A stretch of 50,294 nt of DNA from Candidatus Omnitrophota bacterium (GTDB lineage: Bacteria; Omnitrophota; Gorgyraeia; Zapsychrales; Fredricksoniimonadaceae). The notes under the pieces are model-generated. The model saw nothing but the letters and a program-made list of their open reading frames with translations. It did not search any database and was not told the origin of the DNA. This document shows positions 19,080-29,079 of this stretch, in pieces. Positions within the stretch are counted from its first letter, which is position 1. The number at the start of each line of letters is the position of its first letter. Made by a program: the position numbers and the translations under genes. Where the stretch lies: NCBI GenBank assembly GCA_037131245.1, contig JBAXRK010000006.1:1-50294 (forward strand), in the 5' to 3' direction.

Positions 19080-19181
19080 ATGGTATCATTTTTGGAAACA
19101 GCGGTTTTGCTTCAGGCGATCATTATCGGGTTCCTTCTTTTTAAGGTGCTTGAACTGCAAAAGAAGAAAGACGAAAAATGA
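19080..19181 (+). CDS. Small single-TM protein (33 aa), not in ORF track
   Basis: AAGGAG RBS; MVSFLETAVLLQAIIIGFLLFKVLELQKKKDEK*; stop overlaps the mnmD ATG. Confidence 0.65.
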   Translation: MVSFLETAVLLQAIIIGFLLFKVLELQKKKDEK

Positions 19182-19954
19182 CCGGACCGTTCGCGGATAC
19201 GGACAGAGGGCCCCGGACACCAAGTCCGGGGTCTTTTTTTTGGGATGCGGCCGGTCGGCCGCGTTCGGCGGCTTTTGATGACCAGTATTTCTGCAAAGAG
19301 TTTGGTTATGAAGAAGCGCAGTATGTGGTTTGCCGGGGGAATAAGTTGCGGGAGCGTTTCTTGGCTCTGGACCCGGCGGCAAAAGGTGTTTTTACTTTTA
19401 TTGAGACCGGCTTCGGCACCGGGCTTGATTTTTGTTGTGTTTGGCAGTTGTGGGATGAATGCGCGCCGTCTTCTTGGTCGCTGCACTTTATCTCGGTCGA
19501 GCTTTATCCGCTTTCGTCTTCCGAGATCGCGCGGGCATTAAGTTTGTGGCCGTGCCTGTCTCCGCATAAGGAGGCTCTAGCCGCGACCTACCAGCCGGTC
19601 CCGGGGGCGGTCGGTGATCTTTCTCTTGTTCCGCAGCGGGTGCGTCTGACCATTATTTTTGATGATGTTATCTCCGCGCTGGCTTTGATCCGGGATGCCG
19701 CGTTGGCTCCCAAAGGGGCGGATGCCTGGTCTCTTGATGGCTTCGCGCCTTCAAAGAACCCGCAGATGTGGACGGATGGTGTTTTTGCCGGCATGGCCGC
19801 GCTTAGCCGCCCCGGAACGACATTGGCGACGTTCACAGTGGCCGGTTTTGTGCGGCGGGGCTTGGCGGCTCACGGTTTCGAGGTTGAACGCATTCTTGGC
19901 CACGGCAAAAAGAAGAATGTCTTGACTGGATATTATAGAAAAGATGTAAAATGA
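19178..19954 (+). CDS. mnmD: tRNA mnm5s2U34 methyltransferase MnmD (stand-alone MnmC methyltransferase domain)
   Basis: FDDQYF, ETGFGTGLDF, FISVELYP, LDGFAPSKNPQMW and ATFTVAGFVRRGL. No FAD oxidase domain. Confidence 0.9.
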   Translation: MTGPFADTDRGPRTPSPGSFFWDAAGRPRSAAFDDQYFCKEFGYEEAQYVVCRGNKLRERFLALDPAAKGVFTFIETGFGTGLDFCCVWQLWDECAPSSWSLHFISVELYPLSSSEIARALSLWPCLSPHKEALAATYQPVPGAVGDLSLVPQRVRLTIIFDDVISALALIRDAALAPKGADAWSLDGFAPSKNPQMWTDGVFAGMAALSRPGTTLATFTVAGFVRRGLAAHGFEVERILGHGKKKNVLTGYYRKDVK

Positions 19955-21867
19955 CCCCTATGACATTTTTACGCTGGCATGAGATCAACACGTTGCGGAG
20001 CGCGTTCGGCTTGCTGCGCCGTTTTATGCTTCCCGCGGTCGCAACCTATTATTTGTTGCATGTTGAGATCTTTGGTGCGTACGATTTTAAATTTCATCAT
20101 GTTGGCGTGTTTTCAGCGTTGACCGAGGTGATCTTTAAGGTTTGCTTGATCGGGGCCTGGGCATTCTTCTTTTCTGTTTTGGCCGATCTGACGTCCCGGC
20201 GGGAGTTGGCGATGACGTTTAGGTCGTCAGTTGGGGCGGCCGCTTTTTTGCCTTTGGTCTTTCTGGCCATTGGCCTTCCGCAATTGGTCCACTTTCTGGG
20301 GTACCTCCTTACCGGGCAGGAACAGATAACGGTCGCCCAATGGAGCTTCATCCTTTTCCCTCTGCTTAGCTGGTTCATTGCCGGCCAGGTTTTATGTGGT
20401 AAGGGGTATATTGAGCGTATTCGTGTGATCGATATGACATTGTTGGACCTGTTCATCATGAGCGCGGCGGTCTTTGCCGGACTCTGCCTGGATCATGTGG
20501 CGCATGGCTTTTCTAAAGCAGGATTTCTCAAGTCCCTGTTGGCGTTTTCCAGTGAACTCATTAAACTCTTCGTCCTTTATTATTCTTTTGTGGCTTTAGC
20601 CAAGCCTGCCCAGGAGGATAAAGGTGACGGGCGGGAGTTGATCCTTATTAATCCGTTGCTTGTCGGACATTTTTTCGGGATCGTTTATACGTTCCTTCGG
20701 GCTTATCCGATCTTTTTTGCCAGTCTTCGGGCGTTCACGCCCGCCACGTACAAGGTTTTTGAATTGAATCGGGTATTTTGGGCCGATGAATACGCGCGAG
20801 GTAGCGCTCTGGTCGCGATCAGTTGTTACACATCAAATGCCGCGTTGGCCTATTCGCTCGCCAGGCGATTTCGCGCTGCTGGCTCAAAGGTGGTGATGGG
20901 AGGGCCGCATGTGGGGCTTTTCCCGGAGGAAGCCCTTGAATTCTGCGACGCGGTCGTTATCGGCCCGGCCGAAGGAGTTTGGGACAAAATTCTTGCTGAT
21001 TATGAAGCGGGAACTTTGTCGGGTGTTTATCAGGGAAGTTGCTCGGAGGCGGATCTTGACCGCCTTCACGGGTTTCTTATGACCATGCCTCCGTCAGTAG
21101 TAGCTGAAACCCTGATGGTCAGCCGCGGTTGTAAATTCCGTTGTTATTTTTGCACTCATACGTCGATCCTCAACACGGCGTCTCGATGTCATGACGATAT
21201 TATCGCCCTTTTGAAACGAGCCAGCGGGATGGTCGTGGCATTCTCGGACTCCAATATTTATATGAACCATGAATACACCAAAGAGCTTTTAAGGAGGATG
21301 ATCCCGCTAAAGATCACCTGGAATGGATGCGCGAGTATTGATATCGCCAGGGACGATGAGGTGGTTGAGTTGCTTAAGCAGAGTGGTTGTGCCGAGTTGA
21401 TGATCGGTTATGAGATCGCGACCGGGTCACAAGAGGAGGAGCGCAAAGGCAAATTTCTGATGACTAAAGATTATATTGCGTTGTCCCGCAAGTTGACCCG
21501 GGCGGGCATTAGCATCAAGGCCCAGTTCATGTTCGGTTTTCCGACAGATAATTGGAGCTCTTTGTGGCATTTATGGAAGTTCTGTTTCAAACTTTCTCCG
21601 GGTGTAACGGGGGTCTCCTATATGTCACCGATCCCGGGTTCGTTATATTATGATGACGTGGTGCGGCAGGACCGGATGACCAATTTGAACTGGACTAGTT
21701 GCAGCGGGCATAAAATGATCTGCGAACATCCCCGGATGGGAACGCCCGCGATCCTGAAGAACGGATTCATTCTGATCCATACGCTGTTCTTTTTGACCAC
21801 CAGCCGGATGGGCCGGGTGGTTTTTGCGTTCATCCTCGGTGGATTGTGGTGCCTTTTTCAGCGCTGA
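19951..21867 (+). CDS. B12-binding radical SAM enzyme with N-terminal multi-TM domain (paralog of 4143..6101)
   Basis: Hydrophobic N-terminus; VAISCYTS...VVMGGPHVG...VIGPAE; SRGCKFRCYFC. Confidence 0.88.
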   Translation: MTPMTFLRWHEINTLRSAFGLLRRFMLPAVATYYLLHVEIFGAYDFKFHHVGVFSALTEVIFKVCLIGAWAFFFSVLADLTSRRELAMTFRSSVGAAAFLPLVFLAIGLPQLVHFLGYLLTGQEQITVAQWSFILFPLLSWFIAGQVLCGKGYIERIRVIDMTLLDLFIMSAAVFAGLCLDHVAHGFSKAGFLKSLLAFSSELIKLFVLYYSFVALAKPAQEDKGDGRELILINPLLVGHFFGIVYTFLRAYPIFFASLRAFTPATYKVFELNRVFWADEYARGSALVAISCYTSNAALAYSLARRFRAAGSKVVMGGPHVGLFPEEALEFCDAVVIGPAEGVWDKILADYEAGTLSGVYQGSCSEADLDRLHGFLMTMPPSVVAETLMVSRGCKFRCYFCTHTSILNTASRCHDDIIALLKRASGMVVAFSDSNIYMNHEYTKELLRRMIPLKITWNGCASIDIARDDEVVELLKQSGCAELMIGYEIATGSQEEERKGKFLMTKDYIALSRKLTRAGISIKAQFMFGFPTDNWSSLWHLWKFCFKLSPGVTGVSYMSPIPGSLYYDDVVRQDRMTNLNWTSCSGHKMICEHPRMGTPAILKNGFILIHTLFFLTTSRMGRVVFAFILGGLWCLFQR

Positions 21868-22476
21868 TCAGCGCAGGCCCAGTAGGGGGCGCAGGATGCG
21901 GACCGGGCGGATGAAGAAGGGCCAGGCAAAGGTCAGCGTCATCAGCCACAGGACAGTGATCCAGGAAATATTGATGTAGACCAGAAGGGCTAACGGGTAA
22001 ATCGTTATAAAGAAGCGCTTCAGGAAAATGTCAAGTTTTCCGTCGAAATCGATAAATGACGTGACGCCGAAACGGCGGCCGAGGTCTTCGCCGAATTGAA
22101 AAAAGGTTCCTTTTGGCGGCGCTTCTTGGTAAAGCGCGTTGACGAGTTCTTTGGAGAGTTCTATAAGCAATTTCTTTTTGATGCTCTCTACCAGGAAGAA
22201 TGACGTGAGGCACATGGCTCCGGTGGAGAGCATGAGGGCCTGACGGAACAGGAATCCGGGAAACAAGCTGGCTACAGAAGCGGCAAAACACAGAAACGAG
22301 AGCGCTGCGTAACGGTCGCAAGTTTGAAAGAGTGAGGCGGCACGGGGGGATCCTTTGGCCATGGATTGTCGTATGGCCGGGGTAAAGCAAATATAGCGCA
22401 TCCACAGTTCACTATTGACGTCGTTACGGACGGTTTCGGATAAAGAACGGGGATTGACCAGGTCGGCTTTTATCAT
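21868..22476 (-). CDS. Hypothetical membrane protein (paralog of 3566..4171)
   Basis: Hydrophobic segments; TFFQFGEDLGRRFGVTSFI aligns with TLYQLGEFYARKYGGPSLV; has its own promoter. Confidence 0.7.
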   Translation of the reverse strand: MIKADLVNPRSLSETVRNDVNSELWMRYICFTPAIRQSMAKGSPRAASLFQTCDRYAALSFLCFAASVASLFPGFLFRQALMLSTGAMCLTSFFLVESIKKKLLIELSKELVNALYQEAPPKGTFFQFGEDLGRRFGVTSFIDFDGKLDIFLKRFFITIYPLALLVYINISWITVLWLMTLTFAWPFFIRPVRILRPLLGLR

Positions 22477-22490
22477 AAACTTTAGTAATC

Positions 22491-22518
22491 ATTCTAGCGC
22501 GGGATATTGGCATGTCAA
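22491..22518 (-). promoter_or_regulatory. sigma70-type promoter for 21868..22476
   Basis: TTGACA-N16-TAGAAT on the minus strand, overlapping the start of the divergent gene. Confidence 0.6.
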
Positions 22519-24272
22519 TTAAACCTCAAGTGCAAACCGATCGCAGCCGGATCTTTATTGCCGCCATGGCAGGCGTGGTGCTGTTGCGGCTGGTGGTCTG
22601 GAAGATCTTTCCGCTGGCGCTGCCGATGGTCAAGGAAGATTTCAGCAACCTGATCGTCGCCGTGTTCCAGCTGGCTTTCGGCGCGGCGTTTGCCGCGCTG
22701 GCGTTGCAGAAACGGGTGAAGGTCCCGGTCACGGGTTTTGAACCCGCGCTGGGGATCCTGTTGCTGGCCTCGTCCGTGTCTTTATGTTATACGCTGGATT
22801 TCTCGGTTACGCTCCGGGTATGGGTCCCCTTGATGGGAAGCATGGTGATGTTCTATATCCTGACAGGGGTACTGACCACCATGGAGCGGGTGAAGGTCTT
22901 TCTTTATTTTATCCTCGCGTGCGCTTTTGTTACGTCTTTGTACGGCCTTCAGGAGTTCGCGGCGCTTTGGACCCGTCCGCCCCAGCCGGGGGACGCCGAT
23001 ATCGCCGAGTATAATGCCAGTTTGTATTATATTTTGTTGAACCGCAGAGTAACCTCTTTCCTCGGCTGGCCGAATTCACTAGCCGGTTACCTGCTGTTGA
23101 TCCTGCCGTTCGCGGGGTTGTCGATCCTTACGGTCCGACGGCTTTGGGCGCGGTTTATCCTGGGAGGGATCACCGCGGTCTTGATCGGCTGCCTCCTGGT
23201 CACTTTTTCCTTTTTAGGCTGGCTTAATTTTCTTATCGCAACGGTTATCTTGATGCCGGTGATGCTCAAGCGCTTTCTGCCGCGGCTTGATCGTCGGGGC
23301 AAGGTGTTGCTCGGCCTGCTTGCCGCGGTCTTTTGCGCGCTGTTCCTGGTGGTCATTATGCGCAAGAATTTTGCCGGGTCGATCGTGCCCCGCCTGGAAT
23401 ATTACAGCCAGGCCTGGCACCTGATCGCGGCCCGCCCCTGGGAGGGGTACGGGTTCGGCACGTTCGGCTTGGCCGCCAGGCCGATGGTCGAGTCGATGGA
23501 TGCGTTCACCAATTATACTCACAATATTTATTTGCAGTGGTGGGTGGAGTGCGGCGTGCTGGGGCTGGCCGGGATCCTGTGGTTGATCGGTGTTTTTATT
23601 GTTGCTTCCCGCCGGATCCTGGATCATTTTGTTGATGGGGCTGACGGCGTCATCGCGCTGGCCGTGGTGTGGGGGCTGACGGCGTTCTTTATTGATAATT
23701 TTTTCAGTTTCACGTTCACCAAGCCGAATATTGCTGTTCACGGGTGGGCGCTGCTGGGTGTTTTTGCCGCGCTTTATCGCCAGGCACGGCAGGACGGGCC
23801 ACTTCCCGGCGGGCGCCTTATCCCGGCGGCCGGCCTGCTGGCGTGCGCGGGGTCTTTGATCGTCGGAGCAGTTCTTTGCGCGGGGATCTTTTTTTATCAT
23901 CTTGGGACACTGGCCATGAATGCGGGGAACATTAACGCGGCCGGGCGGTTTTTTGTGACCGGGTCTCGCATCGACCGCTGGTCGGCGTCTTATCCGTCGG
24001 CAACCGGTGACGCCGCCGCGGCTGTTTTTGGAAGAAGCCGCCAGGCAGCGCACTTGCGTCTGGCGGAGCTCAATTACCTTGAAGCTGTCCGTCGGGAACC
24101 GCTCCTTTACGCCAATCACCTGATGCTCAGCCGCGTGTATCTTGTTCTTGGTGACCGTGACCGGTCGCTCTCGTACGCCCGCGAGGCCAAGCGGCTTTCG
24201 CCGTTCGAATATGAGAGGGATATGGCGCGCATCACACAGGCCGATACGGCGGCTAAAGCGCCCGCGAAGTGA
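22512..24272 (+). CDS. O-antigen ligase / O-oligosaccharyltransferase (Wzy_C) family protein with C-terminal TPR-like region
   Basis: Many TM helices; RVTSFLGWPNSLAGYL, GYGFGTF and THNIYLQWWVECGVLGL. Confidence 0.85.
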   Translation: MSIKPQVQTDRSRIFIAAMAGVVLLRLVVWKIFPLALPMVKEDFSNLIVAVFQLAFGAAFAALALQKRVKVPVTGFEPALGILLLASSVSLCYTLDFSVTLRVWVPLMGSMVMFYILTGVLTTMERVKVFLYFILACAFVTSLYGLQEFAALWTRPPQPGDADIAEYNASLYYILLNRRVTSFLGWPNSLAGYLLLILPFAGLSILTVRRLWARFILGGITAVLIGCLLVTFSFLGWLNFLIATVILMPVMLKRFLPRLDRRGKVLLGLLAAVFCALFLVVIMRKNFAGSIVPRLEYYSQAWHLIAARPWEGYGFGTFGLAARPMVESMDAFTNYTHNIYLQWWVECGVLGLAGILWLIGVFIVASRRILDHFVDGADGVIALAVVWGLTAFFIDNFFSFTFTKPNIAVHGWALLGVFAALYRQARQDGPLPGGRLIPAAGLLACAGSLIVGAVLCAGIFFYHLGTLAMNAGNINAAGRFFVTGSRIDRWSASYPSATGDAAAAVFGRSRQAAHLRLAELNYLEAVRREPLLYANHLMLSRVYLVLGDRDRSLSYAREAKRLSPFEYERDMARITQADTAAKAPAK

Positions 24273-24368
24273 GCCCTCTAAAAACGGTTGCTTTAACTCT
24301 TATTATTTAGATAATAGGTGGCGTGAATTTAATCATATAACCAGTTCTTCGGAAAGGGCCCCGCTATC

Positions 24369-26006
24369 ATGAGCAAGTTACGTCTGGAGCGCCACGGGAT
24401 CACGATGTATGATGAGATCTTTTATAATCTCTCCCTAGAGGAACTCATCAAGCACGAGACCTCTTCTGAAACGCCGGCTAACGAGCGCGGCGTCATTACC
24501 GCCAGCGGGGCGGTCGCGATCGATACGGGGAAATTTACCGGACGTTCACCCAAAGACAAGTATGTGGTCAATGAAGAAACCTCTCATGACAAGATATGGT
24601 GGGGGGTCGGCCCGGTCGCGCCTACCACCAACAATTCCGATAATCAGCAGATCTCGGAAGAAACCTGGTATTACCTTAAGGACCTGGCGTTAAAACGTCT
24701 TAACGGCAAGAAACTTTATGTGATGGACGCTTTCTGCGGCGCCAATCCCGATTCGCGCATCCGCGTCCGGTTGATCACTGAGATCGCCTGGAAAGCGCAT
24801 TTCTTCAAGAATATGTTCATTCGTCCGACGGAAGAGGAGCTTATTGATTTTGTTCCCGACTGGACTATTATGGATAGCTGCAAGATCTCCTGCCCGCAGC
24901 CGCACCGCCACAATCTCCGCACGGAGGTTTTCATCGCGTTCAACATGATGGAGCGCATGACCCTCATCGGCGGCACCTGGTACGGCGGTGAGATCAAGAA
25001 GGGCGTTTTTTCCGTCATGAATTATTTCCTTCCGCTCAAAGGCATAGGCTCTTTTCATTGCTCCGCGAATATGGGCAAGGACGGGGATACCGCGCTTTTC
25101 TTCGGGCTTTCAGGTACGGGGAAAACGACGCTTTCGACCGATCCCAAGCGCCTGCTCATCGGTGATGACGAGCACGGGTGGGATCATGATGGCATTTTCA
25201 ATTTCGAAGGCGGTTGTTACGCAAAGTGTATTAACCTGTCGCCTAAGAACGAGCCCGACATCTTTCGCGCCATCCGCAAGGACGCGTTGCTTGAGAATGT
25301 TGTTATCGATGAGAAAGGCGTGCCGGATTACAATTCCGACAAGAAGACCGAAAATACGCGCGCGTCGTACCCGATCCATCATATCGACAATATTGTCCGC
25401 CCGACTTCTCGCGGTGGCCATCCGTCCAAGATCATTTTTCTGACGTGCGATGCTTATGGCGTGTTGCCCCCGGTCGCTAAATTGACCAAGGATCAGGCGA
25501 TGTACCATTTTCTCAGTGGGTATACTGCCCGGGTGGCAGGAACCGAGCTGGGCGTTACCGAACCGAAGGCGACGTTCTCTGCTTGTTTCGGGCAGGCCTT
25601 CCTGCTGCTGCACCCGACCCGTTATGCCAAGATCCTGGGTGATCAGATGGACAAGCATGGCTCCCATGCTTATCTGGTTAATACCGGATGGGTACGCGGA
25701 AAGTGCGGCGTGGGCCAGCGCATGGACCTTCCTAGCACGCGCAAGATCATCGACGCTATTCTTGACGGTTCGCTGGAGAAGGCGCAGTTTGAAACGATGC
25801 CCCTTTTCAATTTTCAGATCCCGAAAGCCGTTGCCGGCGTTGATCCGGTTATCCTTAACCCGCGCACTGCCTGGACGGATAAGGCTGAATATGACAAGAC
25901 CTACCGTAAGCTGGCGGAAATGTTCGTGGCGCATTTCGTGAATTTCACGGATACGGAAAAAGGTCGGGCCCTGGTCGATGCCGGCCCGCAGTTGAATGGG
26001 GATTGA
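24369..26006 (+). CDS. pckA: Phosphoenolpyruvate carboxykinase (ATP)
   Basis: [41 protein letters not shown] and NFEGGCYAK. Confidence 0.97.
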   Translation: MSKLRLERHGITMYDEIFYNLSLEELIKHETSSETPANERGVITASGAVAIDTGKFTGRSPKDKYVVNEETSHDKIWWGVGPVAPTTNNSDNQQISEETWYYLKDLALKRLNGKKLYVMDAFCGANPDSRIRVRLITEIAWKAHFFKNMFIRPTEEELIDFVPDWTIMDSCKISCPQPHRHNLRTEVFIAFNMMERMTLIGGTWYGGEIKKGVFSVMNYFLPLKGIGSFHCSANMGKDGDTALFFGLSGTGKTTLSTDPKRLLIGDDEHGWDHDGIFNFEGGCYAKCINLSPKNEPDIFRAIRKDALLENVVIDEKGVPDYNSDKKTENTRASYPIHHIDNIVRPTSRGGHPSKIIFLTCDAYGVLPPVAKLTKDQAMYHFLSGYTARVAGTELGVTEPKATFSACFGQAFLLLHPTRYAKILGDQMDKHGSHAYLVNTGWVRGKCGVGQRMDLPSTRKIIDAILDGSLEKAQFETMPLFNFQIPKAVAGVDPVILNPRTAWTDKAEYDKTYRKLAEMFVAHFVNFTDTEKGRALVDAGPQLNGD

Positions 26007-26641
26007 TGGTACGCGCTCTTTGGGGCTGGTTTAAAAAAGTTGTCGGCCTTTCAACCGGCGGTAGTTTGACGGAAAAGACCCGCCGGTTGAAAGGAATTTA
26101 CCGTTCTTTAGACAAAGAAACAGCGGCTTTTAAAATTGCCTCGGGGCTATGTTGCGTAAATCCCTGCGGCCAGTGCTGTATTAATTCAACTGTTGAGGCG
26201 ACCGAACTTGAAATGTTGCCGATGGCCGCGGAGCTCATCCGGTCGGGGGCGGCGGAGCAGGCGTATCAGCAGGCGGAAGACCGGCATTTTGAAGGGCGTT
26301 GTGTTGTGTACAGTTCCGGCGATCTTTACGGGAAGTGCCTCTCCTATGAGCAGCGCCCGCTGGTTTGTCGTTTGTTCGGGTTTGCCGGGAATCGCGATAA
26401 GCATGGCCGGCCTCGCCTGGTGACCTGCGGGCTGATCAAACACTCTCAACCCCAGCAAGTTGAACTCGTTCTAGGAAAAGTGGCCCAGGGCGGGCTTAAC
26501 GCGCCGATGATGAACGATTGGGTGATGCGCCTTTCCGCTGTTGATCCGCAGATGGCGCGTGAAAGCTTCCCGATCAATACGGCCCTTAAGAAAGCCCTTG
26601 AGCGGATATGGTTAAACCGTAAGTACAACCAAAGCAATTAA
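26006..26641 (+). CDS. YkgJ family cysteine-cluster protein
   Basis: CCVNPCGQCC...C...CLSYEQRPLVCRLFG. Confidence 0.85.
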   Translation: MVRALWGWFKKVVGLSTGGSLTEKTRRLKGIYRSLDKETAAFKIASGLCCVNPCGQCCINSTVEATELEMLPMAAELIRSGAAEQAYQQAEDRHFEGRCVVYSSGDLYGKCLSYEQRPLVCRLFGFAGNRDKHGRPRLVTCGLIKHSQPQQVELVLGKVAQGGLNAPMMNDWVMRLSAVDPQMARESFPINTALKKALERIWLNRKYNQSN

Positions 26642-26655
26642 CGAAAGAAACGCAC

Positions 26656-28407
26656 ATGACCTCTTATCAAATGATCGAGAATAAGATCATCCTGCAGATC
26701 CAGGAGAATATTTGCGCGACCGAGGCGGAGATCCTCGATAGCGAGCTTTTTAACGGGTTGGTGACCGTGGCTATCAAGAAGCTAATGAAACGCAATTCGA
26801 TCCTGCTTGATGTTTTCGGCAAAAGGGATGTGGGCCCGGAGGACATCAAGGTTTTTATTGAGGCCGTGAAGTTCCTGGTGAAGATCCCCGTCGCGCAAGT
26901 CCGTTATACGTATCCCGCGGCGGAGGGGTTGCTTAAGAACACGTCACTCCTTAATGACCTTATCGAGTACTTATATAATTTTTGGCGTAGTTTTGACCGG
27001 TTTATTATCACGGACCGCAAGATCTGTGAGGATTGCGACAAGAAGCCCTATCGCACGTTTAATTTGACCGTCGGGCATTTGACGAACCTGATCCGCGGGA
27101 TGTACCGCGATATCCAGGAGAACGTCACCGGGCGCCATCCGCATATTTACCGCCAGGTCGCGGCGGGCGGGGAAGTTGCGACCATCGCCGTCAAGCACGG
27201 GGTCCCGCTTCCATCGGATTATGCCGAGCTCAACCGCGTCCCGATGATCCGCCAGATCCTGTTGTATCCGCCGCTTATTTTACAGCCGACGATGAACAAG
27301 CGCACCGGCCGCATCGAGCCGGTCGGCGAAAGCCCGATCAAGGGGTTAACCTTTAATTCCCAGGATTGGCTCTGTTATCCGGCCAAGGTGGGCGAGTTGA
27401 TCATCCTGATCTATTTTCATAATGCTTTTACCGAGCTGGGGCATTCGTTATGCAATCTTTTTGAAATGGCCAGCGACGAAGACCTTAAGCGCCAGCCCGA
27501 TGCTGTTTATGCTTATGGCGTTCCGGAATCGGCGGTGGCGCGTTTTAATCAGGGGCAGGTTTTCTTTGATGACCAGAAGAACAATATCCTGGTGGGGGCC
27601 ATTCCGCTTAAACCCGAATTCGGCTATTTCGGGTATGTGAAGAAGATGGTCCTGACGCTCCATAATGTCATCATGATGAAGCGCGGTCGCCTGCCGTATC
27701 ACGGGGCGATGGTGCGGATCATCATGAAGGGGGATATCGCCCGCAACCTACTTTTCATCGGCGATACCGGGGCGGGCAAGTCGGAGACACTGGAAGCGTT
27801 GCGCGGGTTGGGTGAAGATGTTATCCAGGACCTGATCATTATTGCTGACGACATGGGCTCGATCAGTCAGGGCTATAACGGCGAGGTGCTGGGATATGGT
27901 ACTGAGATCGGGGCTTTCCTGCGTCTCGACGACCTTCAGCCGGGTTATGCGCTGGGTCAGATCGACCGCGCGATCATCATGAGCGCTAATCAGGTCAATG
28001 CCCGTATTATCATTCCGGTCACGACCTTCGAGAATGTTATTAAGGGGCACAAGATCGATTTTGTTCTGTACGCGAACAACTACGATGACATTGACGACGA
28101 GCATCCGATCATCGAGCGTTTTAAAACCCCTGAACAGGCCATGAACGTTTTTCGCGAGGGGACGGCCATGAGCAAGGGCACGACCACGACAACCGGCCTT
28201 GTCCATTCTTATTACGCGAATGTTTTCGGCCCCGCGCAGTTCAAGGAAATGCATGAGCCGCTGGCAAAACGCTACTTTGAGGCGTTCTTTAAGAACGATG
28301 TTTATGTAGGGCAGATGCGCAGCCGCCTCGGGTTGGCCGGGTGGGAGCAGAAAGGCCCTCAGGAAGCGGCCAAAGAATTGCTACGGGTCATTCAGAATTC
28401 GGCGTAA
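26656..28407 (+). CDS. PEP carboxykinase-like protein (atypical family)
   Basis: FGYVKKMVLTLHN, PYHGAM, P-loop GDTGAGKSET, IIADDMG and GTEIGAF mirror PEPCK active-site elements. Confidence 0.7.
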   Translation: MTSYQMIENKIILQIQENICATEAEILDSELFNGLVTVAIKKLMKRNSILLDVFGKRDVGPEDIKVFIEAVKFLVKIPVAQVRYTYPAAEGLLKNTSLLNDLIEYLYNFWRSFDRFIITDRKICEDCDKKPYRTFNLTVGHLTNLIRGMYRDIQENVTGRHPHIYRQVAAGGEVATIAVKHGVPLPSDYAELNRVPMIRQILLYPPLILQPTMNKRTGRIEPVGESPIKGLTFNSQDWLCYPAKVGELIILIYFHNAFTELGHSLCNLFEMASDEDLKRQPDAVYAYGVPESAVARFNQGQVFFDDQKNNILVGAIPLKPEFGYFGYVKKMVLTLHNVIMMKRGRLPYHGAMVRIIMKGDIARNLLFIGDTGAGKSETLEALRGLGEDVIQDLIIIADDMGSISQGYNGEVLGYGTEIGAFLRLDDLQPGYALGQIDRAIIMSANQVNARIIIPVTTFENVIKGHKIDFVLYANNYDDIDDEHPIIERFKTPEQAMNVFREGTAMSKGTTTTTGLVHSYYANVFGPAQFKEMHEPLAKRYFEAFFKNDVYVGQMRSRLGLAGWEQKGPQEAAKELLRVIQNSA

Positions 28408-28436
28408 GCGCTGGCTTTTTTCAGCGACCAATGGCC

Positions 28437-29030
28437 ATGAGATACCTTGCTGTCCTGTTGATCTTTCTGGGGGTTTTTATGGCTAACGCCGATGCCGCTG
28501 TCTTGAAAAAGGCTGTTTTCGCCGGGGGTTGTTTCTGGTGTATGCAGCCGCCGTACGACAAGATCCCCGGCGTTGTTTCCACGACCGTTGGTTATACCGG
28601 GGGCACCGTCGTAAATCCCACCTATGAGCAGGTCTCTTCCGGGACGACCGGTCATTTTGAGGCCATTGAGGTCGTTTACGACTCTTCTAAAACATCTTAC
28701 CGTGAGTTGTTGCGTGTTTTCTGGCGGTCTATTGATCCCACCGATGACGGCGGCCAGTTTGCCGACCAGGGGTCGCAATATGAACCAGCGATATTTTTTG
28801 CTGACGAAGCGCAACGCCTGGAAGCTGAGGCCTCGAAGAAAGAGATTGGCGCTTCGGGACGTTTTAAGAAGCCGATCGTGACCCGAATCCTGCCGGCCAA
28901 GGTTTTCTATCCGGCGGAGGGGTATCATCAGAAGTATTATCAGAAGAATTCCCCGCACTACAATGCCTATAAGGTTGGATCGGGACGCGCCGATTTCCTT
29001 CATCAGGCCTGGCCGGACGCCGCCCCGTAA
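28437..29030 (+). CDS. msrA: Peptide-methionine (S)-S-oxide reductase with signal peptide
   Basis: FAGGCFWC, GYTGG, TGHFEA and FYPAEGYHQKYY; hydrophobic N-terminal leader. Confidence 0.93.
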   Translation: MRYLAVLLIFLGVFMANADAAVLKKAVFAGGCFWCMQPPYDKIPGVVSTTVGYTGGTVVNPTYEQVSSGTTGHFEAIEVVYDSSKTSYRELLRVFWRSIDPTDDGGQFADQGSQYEPAIFFADEAQRLEAEASKKEIGASGRFKKPIVTRILPAKVFYPAEGYHQKYYQKNSPHYNAYKVGSGRADFLHQAWPDAAP

Positions 29031-29079
29031 CAACGCATCTTGTTATTCCATTTTTTCCAAATCTGGTTAAAATAATACC

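Noticed and set aside
23214-24119. 301-aa minus-strand ORF
   Set aside because: Antisense to the O-antigen ligase-like gene; composition mirrors the hydrophobic codons of the real gene.
25110-25934. 274-aa minus-strand ORF
   Set aside because: Antisense to pckA.
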